Positions 55,166 to 64,000 of a DNA stretch of 64,000 bases are shown here, piece after piece. Both the position numbers and the translations under genes were made by a program. The notes beneath the pieces were generated by a model. That model was given only the letters and a program-made list of their open reading frames with translations. It was not told where the DNA came from and did no database searches. Origin of the DNA: Mobula hypostoma (taxonomy: Eukaryota); NCBI RefSeq assembly GCF_963921235.1, contig NC_086108.1, positions 14,632,001 to 14,696,000 on the forward strand, given 5' to 3'. Each line of letters begins with the position of its first letter. Position 1 is the first letter of the stretch.

Positions 55166-55460
55166 GTAGTGATTTCTCCCAAGTTTTTCCACCCACTGTA
55201 CTCCCAATAGTCACCAGATCAACATATCAGAGAGAGGTAGCCCACTCCACAGACTGACAAAAATCCCTTTATTATCCCTCCAAATCTACAAGGTGCCGCA
55301 GCTCAATCTGAGGGTGATCACCTCTGTCTAACACAATGCAACCTCAGGACAATACTGGACTCTCCTTTACCCAGCTTTACACATTGTCCCTTGTTTTTAA
55401 AGCATGACTGCTCTTGTTAAGGTGCAGATACACCAGTGAAAAATTAATACACATTTTAGA

Positions 55461-56305
55461 TCATCATCATAGCTTGTCGCACCAGACAGCCAGCCACTCT
55501 AGTGTTGTTTGGTTGTTGTTGAGCAGGTCAGTGTCAGCTAAATCAGATGAGAGTGGGCAGTTGCGCAGAACATGTTCAGTGTTTTGCACCCTTTTGCCAC
55601 ACTCACAGGATTCGCTGGTCTTTAAACCCCACTTCACCATATTGTCTCCCGTCCTACAGACTCCCGCTCTCACTCTGTTGAGAGTACACCACTTCCGTCT
55701 GTCAAGCAGTGCCCTGTCTGATAACATTTCTGTGGGGTCTTACACTGTATTGTTTGGTGGGGTTCTGGCTTCTGTTTGTTGCCAGAGGTCAATCCTGTAT
55801 GCTTGGGGGGATGTCCCATGCGGTAGTTCCTCTGCTTTTCCTCGATATTAGGCAGTTGGAAACTGGCACGTGATGATGTAGTGGGTGCCGTGAATCCGAG
55901 TTCTGTTTACCTTTTCCAATTTTTGTTGTAGTGTGTCTTCGGATCTCTGGGGGAGCGATGCCTGCAAGTCTGTAAATGATGTTAGTGGGTGTGGGGCGCA
56001 GTGTGCCCGTGATTATTCGGCAGGCTTCGTTAAGCAACGGGTCTATTTTCTTTGCATGGGCTGATCTGCCCCACACAGGTGCACAGTATTCTGCAGGTGC
56101 ATAGCAGAGTGCTAGGACAGTTGATCTAAGTGTGTGAGCATTAGCTCCCCATTTCGTGCCTGCTAATTTTTTCAAGACAGAATTGCGAGAGCCAACTTTC
56201 TCTCGGAGTTTTTGGATGTGGGTGGCAAATGAGAGCATCCTATTCAGTGTCACGCCCTGGTAAATTGGAGTCGAATGGTGTTCAAACTCCTTCCCACACC
56301 AGAAG
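55461..56305 (-). mobile_element. Young 5'-truncated Ingi/Vingi-type LINE
   Basis: Reads GVTLNRMLSF..H..KLAGTKWGA....LR...LALCY..AEYCAPVW..SAH..RIITG.L.PTP..LAGIAPP.IRR, with C-terminal CECG..EHVLRNCP. Tail (TGA)n. TSD ATTTTAGA at 55453-55460 and 56306-56313. Confidence 0.8.
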
Positions 56306-56554
56306 ATTTTAGATAATTGTATTCTAATTCTCTTAATGCCTTGTTTAATTATCATTACCAGAGCACAATGCATCAACTCTATAGTGAGAGAATGTCACAG
56401 CAATTGTAGTGCTGTAGTGGTGATGTGCAAACAGACTAAGTTATAGTGGGGAACTGAGGCTTTGGCTCAAGAGCCTTTGGCAAAAAAGGCTCTGGTTTTC
56501 TCCCACATTCCAAAGACATACGGATTAATAGGTTAATTGATCACGTGGGTGTTG

Positions 56555-56680
56555 TTGAGCCAGCAGGGCCTGTTATAAGATGTTACAGACTTATGGTTCA
56601 GCAGGGCCTGTTATTGGGTGTTATAGGCTTGTTGGGCCAGCAGGGTGTTATAGGTGTGTTGGTTCCGCATGGCCTGTTAA
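56555..56680 (+). repeat. Degenerate ~40-bp tandem repeat in a SINE tail
   Basis: CAGCAGGG(CC)TGTTAT recurs about 3-4 times. Confidence 0.6.
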
Positions 56681-58599
56681 TATGCTGTTTCTCTAAATTG
56701 AAAAAATAAAATAAAATTCTGGAATGGTTCCAGAGGACTTGAAAATCACAAATATCACTTCACTCTTTAAGAAAGGATGGAGTCAAAGGCAGGAAATTAT
56801 AGTACAGTTAGCCTGACTTTAGTGGATGACACTTGGAGCATTGTGAGCAGTTTTATCTCAGAAGGGATCAGAGAAGGTTCTGAGGAGCTCCACGATAATG
56901 ATCCTGAGAATGAAAGGGCTAACATACTGTGTGAAGAGCGCTTGATGGCTCTGGGCCTGTACTTACTGAAGCTTACAAGAATGGGGGTGATCTCATTGAA
57001 ATCTATCGAATATTGAATATGGAGAGGACGCTTCCTAGAATGGGGAAGTCTAGGACCAGAGGGCACAGGATCAGGATAGAAGGATGTCCATTGAGAACAG
57101 AGTTGAGGAGGAATTTACTTAGCTAGAGGGGTAAATCTGTAGAATTCATTGCCACAGATGGCTGTGCTGCCAAGTCATTGAGTGTATTTAAAGTGGAGGC
57201 TGATAGGGTCTTGATTAGTAAGGGCGCCAAAGGTAAAAGGGAGAAGGCAGGAGAATGGAGCTAAGGAGCATAGTCATAGTCATACTTTATTGATCCCAGG
57301 GGAAATTGGTTAGCGTAAGCATATTAAGTTAACTGTGATAGAATGGTCCAGCAGACTCAACAGGCCTAATAGTCTAATTTTGCTGCTATGTCTTATGTTC
57401 TTCAATGTTAGAGTCCATTACTAAAGATGAGGTTTCGATGTACTTGAAGACATGCATGTAAAGTAGGCTGAAGTCAGCAGAGTTTCTTAAAGGGGAAATC
57501 TTAATTGACAAATCTGTTGGAATTCTTTGAGGAAATCACAGACATGATAGATAAAGGAGGGTCAGTGGATGTGCCTACATGACTGTTCAAAAAGCCTTTG
57601 CTGAGGTGTGGCACATGAGGCTGCTAAACAAAGTAAGAGCCCATGGTATTACAAGAAAGATAGTAACAAGGAGAAGATTGGCTGACTGGCAGAGGAGACA
57701 GAGTAAATGGGGTCTTTTCTGCTTGGCTGCCAGTGACATGGTGTTCCACAGGGGTTGGTATTGAGGCTGCTACTTTTCACGTTACAGGTTAATGATCTGG
57801 AAAATAGATTTGATGGCTTTGGAACTAAGTTTGCGGATGATACAGGGGTAGGTAGTATTGAGGAGCTGGGAGTCTGTAGAAGGATTTAGACAGATTATGA
57901 GAATGGGCAAAGAAACTTCAGATAGAATATAGAGAAGGGAAGTGTTTGGTCATGCACTTTGGTAGAAGGAATTAGAAAATGGAGGTGCAAAGGGACTTAA
58001 GTCTGAGTGCAGGATTTTTTAAAGGTTAATTTGCAGGTTGGGTCAGTAGTAGTGCAGGCAAGTGCAATGTTAGAATTAATTTTGAAGGGACTAAAATATA
58101 AAAGCAAGGATATAATACTGAGGCTTTATAGGGCATTGGTCAAATTGCATGTGGAGTATTGTCAGCAACTTTAGGCCCCTTACCTAAGAAAGGATGTACT
58201 GGCATTCGAGAGGGTACAGAAGGGGATTACCAGAATGATTCCGGGAATGAAAGGGACCTTCTGAATATTGAAAGGCCTGGATAGAGTGGGCAAACAGAGG
58301 ATGTTTCCAATAGTGGTAAAGTCTAGGACCTGATAGCAAGTCTCAGAAATAAAGGACATCCCTTTAGACCAGAGATGAGGAGTAATTTCTTCAGCCACAG
58401 GTGGTGAATTTGTGGAATTCATTGCCACAGGTGGCTGTGGAGGCTAAGTAATTGGGTATATTTAAAGCAGAGGTTAATAGATTCTTGATTAGTAGGGGTA
58501 TCAAAAGTTACAGGGAAAAGTTTCTCTGATTTGGGCTATGACCAATCAATGACAGGGATTCATTAACAAGGGCAAATAAAAATATTGCAAATACAAGTG

Positions 58600-60950
58600 G
58601 AGCAGCCATTCTTTTGAGTGTGCCAGTCTTTAGAGTGGCTTTGGCTCATCAGGTCTGGGGGAGGTAATGTATCTGTTACGTTACTCTTCTTTTGTTCTGT
58701 TTTGTTCATTCCTCAACTGTTAAGTCACAGCAGTTTAGTGAGAATGGCTCCAGGGGCAGTGTTTTGTAGTCTGTGTGGGATATGGGAAGTCTGGGAGATC
58801 TCCAGAGAGAACATGTTAAGGAACTGGAGCTGCAGCTCGATGATGTTCGACTCATGGGGGAGAACGAGGAGGTGGTAGACAGGAGCCACAGGGAGGAAGT
58901 CACCCCTAGGTTGCAGGAGACAAGTAACTGGGTGACTATCAGGAGAAGGAAGGCAAATACACAGCCAGTGCAGAGTATACCTGTTGGTATTCCCCTCAAT
59001 AATAAGTATACAACTTTAGTTACCATTGAGGGGGACAACCTACCGGGGGGAGCCACAGTGACGGGGTCTCGGACATAGAGTTTGGTGCTGTGCCTCAGAA
59101 GAGAAGAGAGAATAGGACTGCAGTATTGATAGAAGATTCCTTAGTCAGAAGAATAGGGACGAGATAGAGATACCCCGATGGTGAGGGTGAGCAGCCAGAA
59201 GTCTAGGTGAATGTTGGCACCAATGACATAAGCAGACATGGTAAAGAGGTCAGGAAGAGAGATTTTAAGGAATCGGGTAGAAAGCTGAGAAACAGGACCT
59301 CCAGGGTAGTAACCTCTGGATTGCTGCCTGTGCCACGTGTCAGTGAGGGTATGAATAGGATGATTTGGCAGGTGAATGTGTGGCTGAGGAAATGGTGCTG
59401 GGTGCAGGGGTTCAGATTTATGGATCATTGGGATCTCTTCTGTGGAAGGTATGACCTGTACAAAAGGGACAAGTTACACCTGAACTCAAGGGTATCCAAT
59501 ATCTTTGCGGGCAGATTTGCTAGAGTTATTCAGGAAGGTTTAAACTAATTTGGCAAGGGGATGGGAACCAGAGTGATAGTGCTAAGGATGAGGTAGTTGG
59601 TTTACAAACACAGGCAATGTGTAGTGAGACTGCTAGTAAGGAGATGTTGATGATAGGGTAAAATTACAGTCAGTGAGATATGTTGCAATGTAAAGGGCAG
59701 TCAAAATTGAGAAGGGTTAATACAGGACTGAAAGTGTTATATTTGAATGTGTGCAGTATGTGGAATAAGGTAGATGAATTTGTAGCACAGTTACAGATTG
59801 GCATGCATGATGTAGTAGGCATCACTGAATCATGGCTGAAAGAAGATTATAGCTGGGAGCTTAAAGTCCAGGGTACACATTGGATCAAAAGGACAGGTAG
59901 GTAGGCAGGGGGGGTGGTGTGGTTCTGTCGGTAAAAAAATGAAATCAAATTATTAAAAGAGGTGACATGAAGTCAGAAGGTGTTGAATCTGTGATGGTAG
60001 AGCTAAGGAACTGCAAGGATAAAAAGACCCTGGTGGGAGTTATATACAGATCCCCAAACAGTAGTAACGATGTGGTCTACAAATTGCAATGGGATATAGA
60101 AAATGCATGCCAAAAGGGCAATATTACAATAGACATGGGGGATTTCAATATGCAGGTAAATTGGGAAAATAAGGTTGTTGCTGGGTCGTCAAAAGGGGAA
60201 TGCCTACCAGATGGCTTTTTAGAGCACACTAGAGGATCAGCTATTCTGGATTGGGTGTTGTGCAATGAACTGGAATTAATTAAAGAGTATAAGGAAAAAG
60301 AACCCTAAGGGGCAAGTGATCGTAATATGACCAAGTTCACCCTGAAAGTTGAGAAGGAAAACCCAAAGTCAGATGTATCAGTATTACAGTGGAGTAAAGG
60401 GAATTACAGAGGCATGAGAGAGAATTTGGCCAAACTTGATTGGAAAAGAACACAGGCAGGGGTGAAGGCACAGCAGCAATGCCGGGAATTTCTGGAAGCA
60501 ATTCGGAAGGCACAGGATATAAACATCCCAAAGAGGAAGAAATATTCTCAGGGCAAGATGATGCAACCGTGGCTAACAAGAGAATGCAAAGCCAACATAA
60601 AAGCCAAAGAGATCCAAAATTGTTGGAAAGTTAGAGGATTGGAAAGCTTTCAAAAACCAACAGAAGGCAACTAAAGTCATAAAGAAGGAAAAGATGAATA
60701 CAAAAGTAAGTTGGCCAATAATATTAAAGAGCATACCAAAACTTTCTGCAGAAACATAAAGTGTAAAAGAGAGGCAAGAATGGATATCGGACCATTTGAA
60801 ATCGATGCTGGAGAGGTAGTAATGGGGGACAAGGAAATGGTGGATGAATGGAATAAGTTTTTTGCATCAGTCTTCACTGTGGAAGACACTTGCAGTATGG
60901 TGGAAATTCCAGAGTGTCAAAGAACAGAAGTGTGTGAAGTTGCCATTATC
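58600..60950 (+). mobile_element. CR1 LINE 5' portion: ORF1 esterase, APE endonuclease and linker, decayed
   Basis: Reads VFCSLCGIWE; NVGTND..VVTSGLLPVPR..DKLHLN; LYLN.CS..NKVDE..VVGITESW; VIYRSP..MGDFN..ILDWVLCN; WNKFFASVFT. Confidence 0.87.
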
Positions 60951-62466
60951 CCTAATCAGTCCCTATTTATCTCAATACTTATCCTGTCCCTTAGAATAGC
61001 TTCCAGTAACCTAACCACTACTGATGTCAGGCCCACAGGCATTGATAAACCACATGTTCAAAGGTTCAAAATACATTTATTCTCAACTTTGAGATTGTCT
61101 CCTCACAAGGAAACCCAAAAACAAACCCCATATATATGAAAAAAAGACTATCACCCAATGTGTCAAGAATTTTAAAAAACACATCATGTCCATAAGAAAA
61201 TAAAGGACTGAAATAATCCATAAAAGACCCAATGTCGAACACCCAATGTGCAATAAAAAAAATGTAAAATATTGTGAGGTGTTTTAGGCCTCATATCTAA
61301 GAAATGATGTACCGGTATTGGAGAAGGTTGTGAAGGAGGTTTACAAGAATGAAAGGGTTAATGTATGAAGAACGTCTGCTGTCTTTGGGTCTGTATTCAC
61401 TAGAGTTTAGAAGAATGAGAGGGCATCTGATTGAAACCTTCCAAATATTAAATGGCCTGGATAAAGTGTTCATAGAGAGAATGTTTCCAGTTTTGCAAGA
61501 GTCTAGGACCAAATGCACAGAATAAAAGGACATCCCTTTAGAACAGAGTTAAGGAGGGATTTCTTGAGCCAGAGGGTGGTCAATCTGTTGTATTCACTGC
61601 CAGAACTGTGGAGGCCATGCTATTGGGTGTATTTAAAGCGGGGGTTAATAGGTTCTTCATTAGTATCTGTGTCAAAGGTAGATGGCAGGAAAATAGAGCT
61701 GAGAGGGATAATAAATCAACCATGATAGAATGGAGCAAACCTGTTGGACTGAATGGCCTAATTCAGCTCTTTTATCTTACTCTTATGGTCTGAGTGGTGT
61801 GCAATGAAATTTCTGGAGCAATTCCAATAATATGGCAAGTAGTTGGAGCCTTGTAAATCTAGAAGTGCAAATCTAGTCAACTGGAGGAATGGGACAGATT
61901 GAAATACTCTGACACATTGCCCAGGCTCAGGGGGCTGCATTTCCTCCTATGTTAATGTTGTTATTAATCCATAAGAAATGTGGGTTTCTCTATGTTTTCT
62001 GAATCTTCTGCTTAGAATGATCAGCCACTTCCCACCCCATCATCCACACCAATGGTAGTATCTATGAGGTGCTGTTTCATGAAGACAATACCCATCATCA
62101 GAGTTCCCCACCATCCAGGCCATATCATCTTCTTCTAGTTACCATCAGGCAGAAGGTACAGAAGCCTGAAGATCCACACCACCCAGTTCAAGAACCCCTG
62201 CTTCCCTTCAACTATTAGTTTTTGAGCCAACCTGCACAACCCTAATCACTACCTCAGGAAAGGAACATGATAAGTACTTTGCACTACAATGGACATTTTT
62301 TGTGTTCTTTCATATATAATTTTGTACAAATTATATTTATATATTCTTTGTAAGTGTTGTGTCTCTGACAGTTTACTTGTGATGTCTTCTGCAAGTATGC
62401 ATCTGTGCACACTTGTACTTGTGCACATGACAATATACTTGATTTTGACTTTATTGTTATCCCTAG

Positions 62467-62532
62467 GCTCTTCCATATGTCTGCCTCCTGATTGCAATGT
62501 TGTTCTTCATTTATGCCATAATTGGAATGCAG
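62467..62532 (+). CDS. CACNA1E: Cav2 alpha-1 exon: IVS5 (ALPYVCLLIAMLFFIYAIIGMQ)
   Basis: Acceptor tccctAG and donor CAG|GTAGGC; 66 nt. Matches the highly conserved Cav2 IVS5 sequence. Confidence 0.94.
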
Positions 62533-62639
62533 GTAGGCCCCTCTCTTACACAGAAAGATTCACCATATCAACAGAACAGTGTGAGTATTCTATATGCTAA
62601 CAAAATCTCTGCTTGTAATCTTTCCCTGGATTTATGTAG

Positions 62640-62731
62640 CTTTTTGGAAATATCGGACTGGATGACCATACCCCCATCAATCGACACAACAACTTCCACA
62701 CCTTCTTCAATGCCTTGATGCTGCTGTTCCG
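62640..62731 (+). CDS. CACNA1E: Cav2 alpha-1 exon: domain IV S5-P loop ([31 protein letters not shown])
   Basis: Acceptor atgtAG after a 107-nt intron; donor CG|GTGAGT; 92 nt. Has the INRHNNF...LMLLFR motif. The gene continues beyond the window. Confidence 0.93.
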
Positions 62732-62959
62732 GTGAGTCCCACTTGTAACTCCCAGAAGTGGAGATCCAACCTGAACTGATCAGTCGCTGAATGTGACTAA
62801 TGTATTCCTTAGTAAATAACCCAAACTCAATATAAGATGATCCCCATTAAAGACCTCTCTGTTAGCTTTATTGGGTAGGCATAAGGAGTTATACATAGTC
62901 ATTCTGTGAAAGAGTAGAACTTTCACTGTTCTGGAATTAAAGATGTGAGGCCATTTGTT

Positions 62960-63490
62960 GGTCAGGATTGACCATGGATGTTGTGTCCCAGCTGTCTATG
63001 TGATACACAAGCCAGGGTACTGCGATAGGGAGAGCAAGCTGTTGCCCATGCAGCGGGCTCCCCTCTCCATCCAAAGGAATGGCAGAGACTGATACAGTTT
63101 GGCACCAGTGACATCACAGGAATTGCAGTCAGTGTTGGACTCAACTTACAGACTCCAGCTCTGAATTTTAACTTGGGATTTACTCCCAAAGCCTTCTCCA
63201 TGAGTGGGTATAACTACAAGGCAACAGAGGTTAAAGATCAGAGTTTCCTTCTCCTAGCTGAGCTGCCAATCACAGCTGATCAGCCCCATCTGCCAGAAGC
63301 AGCTGGTTTTAAGGTGCCAGTAACCCACCTTTGCCCCTTCTCCTGTCAGTAGAAACGGTTCCGCTAGGCTTTGTAGCTAAGCCACACGTGAAGGTCAGGA
63401 GGCTATTTGAGACGCACGCCATTGGGAGCATTTAATAGGTTATGGGAGCTTATCCCCACTTCCACTCCCAGATGTAACCACCCTTGAGGA
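62960..63490 (-). mobile_element. RTE-related non-autonomous retroelement (5' UTR-like part plus short 3' part)
   Basis: Shares motifs with the element at 203-487, has no coding capacity and shows a structured 5' region. The family assignment is by recognition only. Confidence 0.5.
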
Positions 63491-64000
63491 ACCTTAATTA
63501 AAGAACACTTGAAATATTTCACATAATGAAATGTGAAGTATTTACCCAGTGTGTAACACATTTAATAGTTTTAAAATTTGATTTCAACAATTTAAAAAAA
63601 TCTAGCAACAAAAACTTGATCTCAGGAAGAGTGCCTGTGAAGCTGAGAGATTGTTGTAAGGTCCCAACTGCTTCACTTAGGGTTTTGAAATTATTGTAAA
63701 GTACAAATTCTTACTGGTTTCAAAAAATAGATGGCAGAGCAGACGTGAGCAGCTGAATGGTTTATCTATTCCTGCTTTATTTTCTGATGTTTCTTTAAAT
63801 AAAATGATCAAAGAGTAACTCTGGAAAGGGAATGGCTGTTGACATGAAATTAAATTCTTACATTTTCAGTACTGATATCAATCGTAAATGGGCGGCAATG
63901 GGAAGTGGGGCTTGACTTGGGATAAAGAAGCTTATCTGGTTGTAGAGGAAGTAGGCTCTGCTAGGATAGTGAATGAGTACATTGTGTGGGTCTTTGTAAG

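Overview
This is eukaryotic, repeat-dense vertebrate DNA. The repeat landscape and the protein suggest a cartilaginous fish, probably a ray (inference). The whole window lies inside one + strand gene, a Cav2 voltage-gated calcium channel alpha-1 subunit most like CACNA1E/Cav2.3. Eight GT-AG exons (972 nt) splice in frame and run from the domain III pore loop to the start of the domain IV pore loop. The introns are packed with decayed CR1 LINEs (some with the SGNH-esterase ORF1), Rex1/Babar-type LINEs, two Tc1 elements, a hAT element with intact TIRs and TSD, a BEL/Pao and two Ty3/Gypsy LTR relics, a Vingi/Ingi-type LINE and several SINEs. Best second-look items: a sense-strand minimal hammerhead core inside a 201-bp hairpin insertion; a divergent domain IV that may mark a distinct Cav2 paralogue; a reconstructable ~1.3-kb inversion through a Tc1 element; and a partial HDV-like ribozyme fold. 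I found no prokaryotic or CRISPR-type system, and no convincing wholly new biological system. Repeat family names come from motif recognition, not database searches.
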